Assembly: GCA_051453625.1 (NCBI GenBank)
Contig: JBOZIK010000001.1
Coordinates: 4,280,320-4,315,547, forward strand
DNA: 35,228 nt
From: Welwitschia mirabilis
Lineage: Eukaryota
Direction: 5' to 3'
A program made the translations under genes and the position numbers. The notes beneath the pieces were generated by a model, which made no database searches, had not been told where the DNA came from, and was given only the letters and a program-made list of their open reading frames with translations. This document shows positions 11,274 through 22,938 of the stretch, piece by piece (positions within the stretch are counted from its first letter, which is position 1; each line of letters begins with the position of its first letter).

Positions 11274-12800
11274 GTTATCCCCTTTTTGACATAAGGTAAG
11301 TAGATGAACACATGTCAAAAATATAAAAGGAAGTAAGAGTGATCATATGGCAAATAGAAAATGATAGAATGAGGAATAAAATGAGTGAAAAGTTTGTGAT
11401 GAAGGATAGGTCAATGTTAAGAGAGGTTTTGTATAATAAGAGATAATAAAATTAATTGAAAAGTGGATGTAGTCTCAAATAAATTTATGAATAAATGCAG
11501 GAGATAACTTTGAAATAATTAATTATGAATACTAAGAAATGAGAAGGTGAAAATGTAAAAATAGAGGCATGAATAAGGTTGATTCTTGCACCTCTAAATG
11601 CCAACCTAGTAGCGCCTATTAGTATAAGTCATAAAGTTAATTTATGTAATTAACATGTATTTTAATGCTATACAACATAGAGTATCATGTGATTAGTAAA
11701 GTAATTATGACAATGTATATGATCATTTTTTGAAGTATTAGTATAATGTCAGGACTATAACTTAATCCAATCATTGGTTGCAATAGCAAATGACACCTTA
11801 TAAACTTGCCATTTAATAATTAATATGTTTTAAATGCTTGTGAAGTTATAGATTCGGAGTCATGAAAATCCAAGTCAAAGGAAATTTTAGAAAACATCAC
11901 ATTTCATGATGAGGGGAGTGTAACCACTACTAATAGCATAAGGTTCTACAAGAGGCAGTCAAATTATGACTAACACACATCCTTGTGGAGTTTCCATAGC
12001 TACCATATCATACTTTCAAAGGCCCCTCTTGGAAATATTTTTTCTAGTGTGCTTGTGATAGGACTTCATGATTTTTTTCCCTTTTTTTTGGCATATGATG
12101 TTTATATTTTATCAATTGACTTGAATTACTTTTTTTCTTTTTGGAACATTGATTAAGTACTAAAATGATAAATTGTAGATTTACTATTAAAGACAAGCAT
12201 CAGATTTGACATAACTGATACTAGTATAAAATAAGATGAGCCATTAAGTATCACAGATGTAGAAATGTCTTAAGATTGGATGAAATGCAATCTTATCATC
12301 ATAAATATTCCAAACTAAAGAAACCACTTTCATAAAAACTCAAATGCAATTTAACACATAATCAAATGAATAGAAAATCAAACAAAGAAATGACTTAATT
12401 AAGAGATCCTTCTAAGGATTCATTTAGAAAAAGGTAAAAAGAAGTCTTACCTATTAATTAAGAGGATCTTCTTACTCATTTTCCTCTATCATGTCGAGAA
12501 TATAAGGATAATTATTAATGTAATCTCAACTATCATCCATTAACCTTAAGTTTTTATTAGCATTTAAATTAAGAATCTTAACAAAGTTATTCAAAATGCA
12601 CTTCTCTATAAGATAAAGGACTTAACCACCTAAACTTTGAGTTGTTATAAAGACATACCTAAGCATTGTTTAATAAAATAAAATAAATGAATACAAGATA
12701 AATATTGATAAAAATACTAAATCATAAAGACAGTAAATAAATCATGAAAACTAAATGACTAGTTATTAAATGTGGAATGGAAAGGTAAAACATTCTACTA

Positions 12801-13160
12801 TCAAGTAGAAGGATGGGTGTGTTGCATAAGAAGGTAGCATAAAATGGTTTGTGCAAATGTGTGAGCTATAGTACAATGTGAATGGTTTGTATCATAATGA
12901 GGGATGGTATAGTATATATCATCATTATCATATTCCATAGGTAGAACCTCACTAAGTGGAATATCAATCACAAAAGCATTGAAATGATAAGAAATGAAAT
13001 GACCTCTACCATGTATGCCTGGCACATGGCCTTGTCCAAATTATGCATAAAGATTACCAGCACATATACCTTCTATGATCTCATAAACATGCTTGGCCAT
13101 ATTTTGTAAAACTTAAACAAACCAAAAAATGTAAAATCTATGTCGCATATGTAGAAAATA
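12801..13160 (-). pseudogene. Unrecognised extra ORF downstream of integrase (Tat copy 1)
   Basis: ORF track 12801..13025 (VIDIPLSEVLPMEYDNDDIYYTIPHYDT...HT...LCYLLM) has in-frame homologues at ~24591-25060 and ~26196-26615. Confidence 0.6.
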
Positions 13161-13289
13161 CCATTCTATCATATGTGAATAATGCACAAATGTGTATTAA
13201 TGTGATAGTTTATCATGAAACTATAAGAAATAATAAGTGCATAAAATGGACAATTAAATAATAATTTATGACAAAGTGGTGATACATAC

Positions 13290-16200
13290 TTTGAATTTTT
13301 TAAATTAATAATAAGATAAAAAATTAGAGGAATCTATTGGTTCTTTGTACTTGATGTCATTTATATGTTTCAGTTTGTATGTTCCTTTATCAAATTTTTG
13401 TAATATGATGTCTTATTCTAACCAATTTAGTAAAAATTTTAAGGTTTTTATAGTTAAATTTGCTTTTAATACAAGGTCTCCTATGTTATAAGATCATGTA
13501 TTGGCATGCTTATTATATGCATCACTTACTCATCTTTGACATAAAGCTATGTATGTTATGGTGCTTTTATCCTTTATTTATCTAGAGTTTCTAATTAATC
13601 AAATTGTGTTTTTTTAATATTAAATAATTCAAGATCTTTGATTAAATTCTTAAGGGTGAAAATCTAAATTTGCATTGATTAAATAGCTTTGGTACTATAA
13701 ACTAGTTGAAATGGGTCCATTTCAGTACTAATCTTTACTATAGTATGATATGCCCATAATGTGAAAAGTAATTTTTCATGCCATAATTTTGGATTTATTT
13801 GTAATAATTTCTTGATACAATTTATGATTACTTTATTTATGGCCTTAGCCTAATCATTTACTTGAGGATAATGTGAAGTAAAAAAGGAATGTCTTATCCT
13901 AAATTTAATGAAGAAATTTTTCAACTCAGTAGATTTAAACTATGGATCATTATTGCTAACTTTGATATAAGTAGTATTGAATCTTCTTATGATGTGATAT
14001 AGAATGAACTTTTGTATTTTTTTATGGTTGTTTAGCATAAAGGTACTACTTCTAACCATTTTAAAAAGTATTTAGTTACAATGAAAATTTACCACATTGT
14101 TTAGATGATGTTGGCATAATTAAACTAATTAAATCCATTTCCTACTTTTTGAATACCCAAATAAGATCAAATAAAAAAATCTTAGTAGGTAGTTGATGTA
14201 TTCTAGATGAAAATATCTTACAAGTGTAACATGGTTTTTCCATTTTAAAACAATCATCACTCATGGTTTTCTAGAACTAATCAAATCTTAAGACATGGGT
14301 TAACGATTTTTCTCTTTATTGAGGACAACATAAACTAGCATGTGTTTTTTTCAAGATATAGGTAGCTTCACTTGATTTTAGGCATCTTAGTAAGAAATCA
14401 TTATTTGATTTCTTATATAGTATATTTTGCATTATGGCAAAGCACATAGCTTGATCATGAAAATTTTATCTTTGCATAGATGTGAGATTTTTTGGTATCT
14501 TTTTATTAGTAAGATAATTTACAAATGTTGCATACCATTCATCATTTAATTTATGATTTTTTTAAGTTTATTTATGATACCTTATTATAATTCTAATTTG
14601 GGTATCATTTGATGTTCATCTAAAAATTTTAGTTTAAGTCTGTGCATGTGATATAATCCTTGAATGATGGGTCTTTAAAACAAGTTTGAGAAAAAGTGAT
14701 GAGGTGATCAAAAAATTAAATTTTATTTTTATGAATAGCTAAGATATCATAATGGTCAAATACAAAAAGCAACTTTTTCACTTTCTTAATATAGAAATCT
14801 AAAATTCTTGACTTTGCATCAGACTTATCCAATACCTACTTAACCACTAAGTATGAAACATAAAAAATGTGTAACCTCTTAAAATAAGTTTGAATTGCAA
14901 GGATTATTTCACTTGATAAGACTTCATACTTGGCTATATTGTTTATATAAGGAAAATGATAAACTCCTTTTATTGCTTACAAAGAAGGCTACTCCTACAA
15001 AACCACTATTTTTATTTGATGAACCATAAAAAAACATTAATATATTTCACTTCTTTTTTATTAGTATGATGTAAACTTCTTCATTAGAAAATTGATTAAA
15101 CCCTCCTAAGGTTTTACCTTTAGCTTCTACTAGTAGGTTTGCTATTTGTTCAACTTCACATTCACCATTAACTGATTTTGGAGATTGAAATTCTAAGTTA
15201 AATTCAGCAAGGATTGATGCCTAGTTAGTTAATCAAGTACTACCAATCAAATATTCAAGTAGATATTTGAGTAAATTCTAATTGTTAATCATAATTGTTT
15301 TGATTATTATCATGTAATGATGAAACTTTTGTGAAACAAAAACTAAACTCAAACACACCTTATTTGCTTTAGTGTAATTTTTCTCATATTGATGCAATGT
15401 CCTATTGATGTAGTAAATTGGATGATCTCAATGTAATCCATCACATTAAAATAGCATTACACTAATTAATAATGGTCTATATGCTAAGTGAATGTAAAAG
15501 GATTTATCAAGATTAGGTGGACTTAGATTAGGGTAGATGTCAAATATTCCTTAATTATATTAAATTACTTTTAATAGGGTTTGTCCCATTTAAGCTTATT
15601 ATCCTTTTTGAGTAGATGCATGAATGTTTTACATTAATCAGGTAAAGTTGAAATGAATTGATATATCACTTATAATCTACCTTAGATATTACATAATTCT
15701 TTCAAATTATGTGCTAATACCATATTAGTAATTACTTTGATATTATTAGGATCAAGTTTTATACCTCATCTCAATACCATGAAACCTAAGAGCTTTTTTC
15801 AGGGTACATTAAAAATGCATTTCCTTGGTTTAACTCATAAATTATATCATCTTGCTTATTTGAAAAGTTTTTTCAAATTATTTGGATGATCATCTACTAC
15901 TTTTGATTTAACTATGGCATTATCAACATAATCTTCTACATTGGTAATGTATTAAGTTATGGAATATGTATTTCATCACTTACTAGTATATATCACTACC
16001 ATTCTTTATTACTAAAGACATCACAACATAATAGAAAAAACCCTAGCTTATAATAAAATTACCTTATGTTAGTTTTTAGGGCTAATAAATACTTGGTTAT
16101 AACCCAAGTAACCATCTATAAATGAAAAAAGTTCATACCTAGTAATGTTGTCAACTAGAATGTTAATTTTTCATAAAGAGTAATTGTCTTTTAAAATTAC

Positions 16201-16815
16201 AATATTCAAATTATGTTAATCAATACAAATCCTAATATGACCATTCTTCTTTGTAATAACTACCATGTTCGATAACCAGTCTAAATAATCTGCCAATGTA
16301 ATGGAAACCATAGTTAAACAACATTCTGGGTCTTGTTTAAGAACCAATGTAAGACAAGGATTAAGCTTTCTAACCTTTTGTTTTAATGGGGCTAAATTTG
16401 ATTTTAAGATGATGTTATGCATGATGATTGACTTGTTGATGTCTGACATACCATTTTAATGCTAAAAAAAGGTATCATTATTAGATAACAACATAATTTA
16501 AAGTTCTAATTTCATTTGCTATGGTAAACATTGATTTATTTCAAGCAATTTTTCTATGTCATAGGGGTCTACTTGAAAATCATATGTTTCGATGTCTTGT
16601 CATTTTACTAAGGATGATTTCACATTTTGGTATTTCATTATTGTATAGGCTTAAGTATTTTTAATTATCTGCTATTCATTTGAATAGACAAGTGCTTTTT
16701 TTAAATATTTGTTGTAGTTCAAATTCACAAGATTAAAAATTGACATACCTTTTAATAAGTTAATTAGCTAACATAACATGTGAGGATAACTTCAATTGAT
16801 TCTTCATCAGGATCT
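13290..16815 (-). pseudogene. pol: Decayed Tat pol (RT-RNase H-additional archaeal-type RNase H-integrase), copy 1
   Basis: WLSNMVVITKKNGHIRICID (ORF 16216..16449), VEDYVDNAIVKSK (~15902-15940), aRH motifs MFFYGSS...GFVGVAF and NNIAKYEV (~14920-15040), integrase HYP motif (~13867-13875) and C-terminal EPID (~13330). Confidence 0.9.
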
Positions 16816-16946
16816 CTTACACAGACAAAGACTAGGATAATAAGTAATGATTGAGTAGCTAAGATGACAAACAAGGATAACTTCAAATAAGTTTTTATCA
16901 TGATATCCTATGAAGACAAAGACTAGGATAAGAAGTAATAATTAAG
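16783..16946. repeat. 91-bp tandem duplication covering the candidate splice acceptor upstream of RT
   Basis: aggataacttcaa...agacaaagactaggataa.aagtaat begins at both 16783 and 16874. Confidence 0.8.
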
Positions 16947-17124
16947 GTTTTGAATAAAAAGAGAATGAAAATGAATGTAATGAATTATTATAACAAAAAA
17001 ATATTAAAATCAAAATTGTAAATTGTTAAAGATGCAATTTTCCTTTTTCTTTTTTCCCCTATGGAAAGTTTCTAACAAAAGAGTGATTATGGGCTAACAG
17101 AAAAATCATTTGGAAGGAATGGAA

Positions 17125-17691
17125 NNNNNNNNNNNNNNNNNNNNNNNNNNNNNNNNNNNNNNNNNNNNNNNNNNNNNNNNNNNNNNNNNNNNNNNNNNNN
17201 NNNNNNNNNNNNNNNNNNNNNNNNNNNNNNNNNNNNNNNNNNNNNNNNNNNNNNNNNNNNNNNNNNNNNNNNNNNNNNNNNNNNNNNNNNNNNNNNNNNN
17301 NNNNNNNNNNNNNNNNNNNNNNNNNNNNNNNNNNNNNNNNNNNNNNNNNNNNNNNNNNNNNNNNNNNNNNNNNNNNNNNNNNNNNNNNNNNNNNNNNNNN
17401 NNNNNNNNNNNNNNNNNNNNNNNNNNNNNNNNNNNNNNNNNNNNNNNNNNNNNNNNNNNNNNNNNNNNNNNNNNNNNNNNNNNNNNNNNNNNNNNNNNNN
17501 NNNNNNNNNNNNNNNNNNNNNNNNNNNNNNNNNNNNNNNNNNNNNNNNNNNNNNNNNNNNNNNNNNNNNNNNNNNNNNNNNNNNNNNNNNNNNNNNNNNN
17601 NNNNNNNNNNNNNNNNNNNNNNNNNNNNNNNNNNNNNNNNNNNNNNNNNNNNNNNNNNNNNNNNNNNNNNNNNNNNNNNNNNNNNNNNNNN
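17125..17691. other. Assembly gap (others at 25327-25426, 27400-28174, 33931-34169)
   Basis: Runs of N. Confidence 1.
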
Positions 17692-17701
17692 AATATAATA
17701 G

Positions 17702-20216
17702 TTATGCATCAAGAATTTGTGAAACCTTCATCTTATGAGGATCCATAGGACCATGTTCAAAGTGTAAAAATAGAATGATTCATTTTTCTACTATTTGATA
17801 TGATGATAAGGAAGAGGATTGAGATGGTTATTTGACATTCACCCCTATGTGATTTCTTCCCAGTGGCACTAAGATCTTTAATCCAATAAACTTTACCTAT
17901 TTATTGAGTAATGATATAATTGCCCCTGTGTCCATGATTGAAGGATGGCCTAGTAGCAATTTAAATGTTGCAATATTATTAATTGCATAAAATTTAGTGT
18001 TATTAACCTTTTGAGCTACCTCAACTATAAGAGGATGATTCCTTTAGATTTAATTATTACACTCATTTTCAAGTTTAGTAGATGTTGTAAGTTAAGTTTA
18101 TCAATACAAGATGATTTAATTAAATTTAATTCATTACTATAGTTAATAAATGCCCTAGCTACTTTAGTAGGTATAACATTTACTAAAATGTAAGGTGATT
18201 TAGTGATTATAGTCTTAATAAGATGTGAAAAAATTTTCATCGAGTTGAAATTGAATTACTTTTTTATCCTTATTATTCTATTAAATGTTTATCTACTTTG
18301 AGATAGATTCTTATTTTCAAGGTAATTCTATGATTAATTATTCCTCACATAGTTTTTTGAAGGTTTTGTCCATAAGGCTTAAAGTTTTTAATTAATAAAA
18401 AAATATAGTGGTATGTTTTCTCTACTTTAGAGGCATGTGACTATGATTGAATATTAGGTTAAGGAGTAGGTCAAGTTTGAGTATGTTCCATGTAAATTAG
18501 TAATTATAGTTCTTATTTGTTCTTTTAAATGATTTATTCTAGAGGTTTTATAGGTAAATACTTGATTATATAAATTACATAAGAAGCATTATCATCTTGA
18601 AGTACTACATTTTACAATGATTGTAATGTAGGCAGTTGTGAAGGAAAAGGTTTTTTATAAATTTCAAGTTATTCATTTCTAATAGTAAGGATTATATTAA
18701 ATTTAACATTTTTTTTATTTTTTATAATGTCTTGGATAATATGTTTTAAGTTGAAGCAATTTTCAATATGATTACCCTTAATTTTGTGATACTCAAAGTA
18801 TTTTAACTTATCATAACTTTTTGGTTTTGATGCATTGGAGTCTTTTACATTAATTAGAGCCCCTCTTTTCGCAATAAGATTGAAAGACTTTTTGTTAATG
18901 GTATGTCTAACTTTATGAAATTCCTCCTAGGTCTTTGAGTTAAATTCTAATTTTTGAATTGATTTTAATCTTGATTTTGAGTTGGATATATATATTGTTG
19001 AGCTTGAAATGACTATTTTAAATTCTGTGTTTATTATGAATTTTTCATTAGTCAAGAAGGAAGGTAATAGAATTGTCCTATAACTTGTTGAAATGTAAAG
19101 GCATGTGGAGGGATAAGAGACTGAGGTTGCATTTTTTGCATCCTTAAATTACTCTTTGGTTAAGATGACTAATTTCATTGAAAAGATTAATTTACAATTG
19201 TGACATTCTTTGGATTTTTTTCTTTGTTGTTATTGTTATCCTTTCTTGATGATTCACCTTGGGAGGAACTATCATATTTAATATCTCCTTTTTCTTTTCT
19301 TATAACTTTGATTCTTTTTCACTAGCATGAGGTCTATTCAGATGTTTCAAAAGATTACATTTCTAAATTTTCTAAAATATAAGGAATGCATCACTTTGCA
19401 AAAAGATAAGCCATGTCAAAATTTACAATAAGAATTTCTAATTATGATGTAGTAACCCTCCATCATCATGCATAATCTTGTACTCTTTCATTGAATTGTT
19501 GTTTCATTATGGTTAAGGCATCTAACATCATTTATTTTTTTATTTTAATGGGGTAATGTTGAACAAATGTTTTTAATAGTTTTTTTAGGCTTGTAATCAA
19601 ATGAGTAAGTGTTATATGGTATCATTCAAGGGCTTGACATTTTAAGGATTGATAGAATAAGTGATAAACTATTGTTTTTTCAATCTTGTAAATGTAACAT
19701 GTATGTTTATAATTTCTAATATGCATAATGAAGTTTTAAACACCTATGAATTTTTCAAAATTAAGCATTTCACTAGGTGAGATAATTTTGCAACCTTTTA
19801 AGGATGAATAAGTGTATCATCAAAATCTATGTTGAGATAACTCTTTGTGTTTTGTAGGCTTTGTTTTATATCATTGATTGCTTCCCAAAGGCTTGTAAAA
19901 TCTGATTGAGATACATTCCTGCTCATGATTTGTCACTTTCTTAATGGTTCTTCCTAGTCAATTGAGTATTTAAATAGCTATAATCATAGTTGTCATTCTT
20001 CTTCAATGTTTATGATTTGGATTTTCTTGAGGTTATTGGTTTTTTGTAGTTATTCCATTCATTTATGAATTCATCATCTTCATAATTATTATTAGAGAAA
20101 GAATAATAGTTTTCTATATCTTCATCCATTAGCCCTAGCTTTCTTATAGTTATTAATCTCACTCTAGTAGTACAATGTTCTAGATAGGTCTTATAATAAC
20201 TCTTATAGTTAAGCAT
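17702..20216 (-). pseudogene. gag: Decayed Tat gag-protease, copy 1
   Basis: Gag His/Cys box FEYHKIKGNHIENCFNLKHIIQDII (~18723-18800). Protease RAFINYSNELNLI (cf. RxLIDxGSxLNI) and FKLLLGHPSI (cf. YNLLLGRPWI). The frame ends ...KMKVSQILDA* at 17702. The N-terminal limit is uncertain. Confidence 0.8.
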
Positions 20217-20428
20217 GAAAAAAAGTTAACTAATGGTTAGAATATAAGGTTACTTTTGGGTGAGTACATTGTACTTATCTTCATATATGTAGGCATTTCT
20301 AGGTTTTGTTGAAACTAGTGTTATGGCTATTTTTTGTGTGATAAGGTGATAGGTAAGATAAAAGGATAAACTAGGAGCAAAAGGTTAAACAAACAAATAG
20401 GAACCTACATAAGAGGTTCTCCTCTTAA

Positions 20429-20442
20429 CAGCAAAATTGTTA
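20429..20442 (-). other. Decayed tRNA-Arg-type PBS
   Basis: Minus-strand TAACAATTTTGCTG differs from the Ogre-type PBS TGGCGACTCTGCTG only by five G>A/C>T transitions. It lies ~12 bp inside the 5' LTR boundary. Confidence 0.45.
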
Positions 20443-20454
20443 CAATTTTTTTTT

Positions 20455-21245
20455 TGTAATGTTGTATTTATCATTTGAATGATTAAATGCTATTTAAATT
20501 TTGCCTATGACCTTCTTCTAGCATTAAAACACTTGTGACTGAATTTTGCAACATCAAATTAATTTTTAATTTTATAGTACAATGTTTGAGTATGTTCTTC
20601 TTTCTAGCCAAAATTATTATGACTAAGTTTCATAATGTTAAATTGATTTTTAACTTTGTTTTATGGTATTTGAATATGACCCTCCTTATAGCACCAAACT
20701 ATTAAGATTTATTTTCTTGTAATGTTAAATTTATTTTAACTCATTTTGATTCTTTTGAATTTTATCTAATATAATAGATGTTGTTATGTTATGCCTCAAA
20801 TGTAATATTGATTTTCAAAACTACAATTCTTAAAGGATACAAAGATAAGGAAAAAATAAATTAATAAATAAAGTAGGGATGAATGTAAATATTTCTTGAA
20901 TTAACCTTCATATAAGAATTTAATTACTTAAAAAGAAATGTATAAAGATTAAGATAAGTAGATTTTACATTTTAACTACATGCATTAAATTAAAATTTAG
21001 AAATAAAAAGTTAGATACTCTTATTCAGAAATTAAACTACATTTTTTTTAAAATAAAATTTTGAAAGCATAAAAATAATTTTAAAAAAAATCTAATTAAA
21101 TAATTTACATATGATATGATATATAAACCAATTTAAGATATTAAAATTTATTAGTTTAATTGAATAAATGTGATAAAAAAATTTTGATTATGAACGTTAT
21201 CCCAACTTTAAGAAATTAAATTAAAAACCATTATTATTTATGAGA
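20455..21245 (-). repeat. Remaining part of the 5' LTR of Tat copy 1
   Basis: Collinear with 9037-9830. Similarity stops abruptly at ~21240. Confidence 0.85.
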
Positions 21246-21250
21246 TTTTT

Positions 21251-22814
21251 TGTTATTGGAAAATGGTGGATTAGTTCATACGTCACATGATGATAGGTGG
21301 TTTAGGTGGTTTAATGGCGATTTGATTAGGTTTAACCTAAATGTGATGATTTGACTTAGTTTGACTAAGCTTGACTAAGTTCAATTGACCTTAACTGAAT
21401 TTAACTAAGTTCGACTAGGTATGATGGTTTTGTTTTGACAAAATTCAATTGAGTTTGAATAGGTTTAACTAGGTTTGAATGTTATTCCTTAATTGTTTAT
21501 TGACTAAATTTGACTACATTTCACAAGCTTTAATGATTAATTAGATTTGACTGTCTTGTTGAATTTGATGATCTAACTAAGTTTGACAGTTTTGGTTTGA
21601 GTAAGTTTGAGTAAATTTGACATCGCTCTAATGGTTTTGATTTGACTATGTTTGACTACTTTTGACATGTTCTCCCAACTTGAAATTTTCTTTTGAATAA
21701 AACACTTATAAGTTTTTTTTATAAAGCAATGGACAATATTATTATATAAAAAGAAAAATAAATCATTTATAAATGGTCTTTTTGTAAATCTAAAGATCTT
21801 TTTAATAAAATTGAAGTACAATTAATATGTTCCATTTTTTAATACTAAATCAAACAAGAAATGGATAGTAAAATGAAGAATACATTTCTTCTTGGATAAA
21901 TCTAATCAATCATTTAAACTCCAAACACAAAGGTCCTATATTTTATTTCTACTAGACCTAAATGTTATTGAAAAATAACCATAATTTATACCCTATTCAT
22001 TTATTTGTTTTTTTAAGAAAATGGTATGTATTAACAAATATCTTACAAAATAAAATATAAAGCCTACAAAACTAACTGACTACCTTTGCAACAACTTTAA
22101 AAAAATTGAGATAACCTAGAACATTAACTTAAGAAAGTGATTACCAAATAGCAAAATTTCATTGGATAGGTGGAATTACTTTGGAAGGTTATCTTAATAT
22201 TTATATAAAAGTAAAATTAGAGAGACAATTGATATGGTATTAAAACTATAAATAAAAATGATATTGGTAAATGATGTTGATAAATTTACTGAAAAAATTT
22301 CTTTGGATGCCCTATTTACTGCCTTCTCCTCCTTTCGTTTATTCTTTCTCTTTCTGCTAAGATGTTGCGATCTTTTTATTACTACTTTCACTTATGCTCT
22401 ATTTGCTGTCAGCCTATGCTGGCCCTACATAATTTCCTTTTTCTTTGTGATTTTTCAACATTTTACATTATTCCATCTTTTGCATTTTGTTTTTGTTTTT
22501 ATTATTCCTCCAAATGATTTTGCGTTGGTGTTTTTTATTACTTGCCCTTTCTTCATTAATTCTCTAATTCTTTACACTATGATTTCCATTTTGCCTCTCT
22601 TGTTTACTCTCTATGGTCCTCCTCTTTTTTAATTTTTTTTCTCTAAATGCTGTTATTTTTTGATTTTTCCCCTTATTCTCTATGCTATGATTTTTGTGGA
22701 ATCTCTTTTATCTTCTATGGGCCTTTTTTATTGGCATTACCCTAAACCATAACACCATCCTATACTATAATACCATCCTTTGCTATAATGCCTTGGGGAA
22801 AGTATCATGTCATA
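21251..22814 (-). repeat. Probable 3' LTR of Tat copy 2a
   Basis: Lies between the break in the copy-1 LTR and the copy-2a PPT. The left end (TG at 21241 or 21251) is uncertain and there is no partner LTR in the window. Confidence 0.5.
21320..21667. repeat. Degenerate 10-bp tandem array, consensus about TTTGACTAAG
   Basis: ttgacttagt ttgactaagc ttgactaagt tcaattgacc ttaactgaat ttaactaagt tcgactaggt at 21351-21420, with further copies to 21667. Confidence 0.85.
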
Positions 22815-22878
22815 GCTGTGCCCTTCTAGCGTGAGGTGAAAGATGAGCCTCATGTCAAGAATGATCATACATTTATTT

Positions 22879-22882
<4 letters not shown>

Positions 22883-22934
<52 letters not shown>
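22883..22934. repeat. (CT)26 microsatellite followed by a pyrimidine-rich tract to ~23025
   Basis: Read directly from the sequence. Confidence 0.97.

Positions 22935-22938
<4 letters not shown>

Larger units (their letters stand above)
9037..21245 (-). mobile_element. Ty3/gypsy Tat-clade (Ogre-like) LTR retrotransposon, copy 1; near full length, with its 5' LTR interrupted
   Basis: An ~800-bp direct repeat (9037-9830 vs 20455-21240) brackets minus-strand gag, PR, RT, RH, additional RNase H and INT. PPT at 11274-11288 and decayed PBS at 20429-20442. Confidence 0.9.

Noticed and set aside
17059..17748. Long ORFs in the track spanning N-runs (also 25313-25525, 27380-28207, 33781-34190)
   Set aside because: Artefacts of translating assembly gaps as X.
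21320..21667. Possible CRISPR-like array (also 918-1342 and 33465-33910)
   Set aside because: The units are 9-12 bp, degenerate and lack regular unique spacers. There are no cas genes and the context is plant LTRs.
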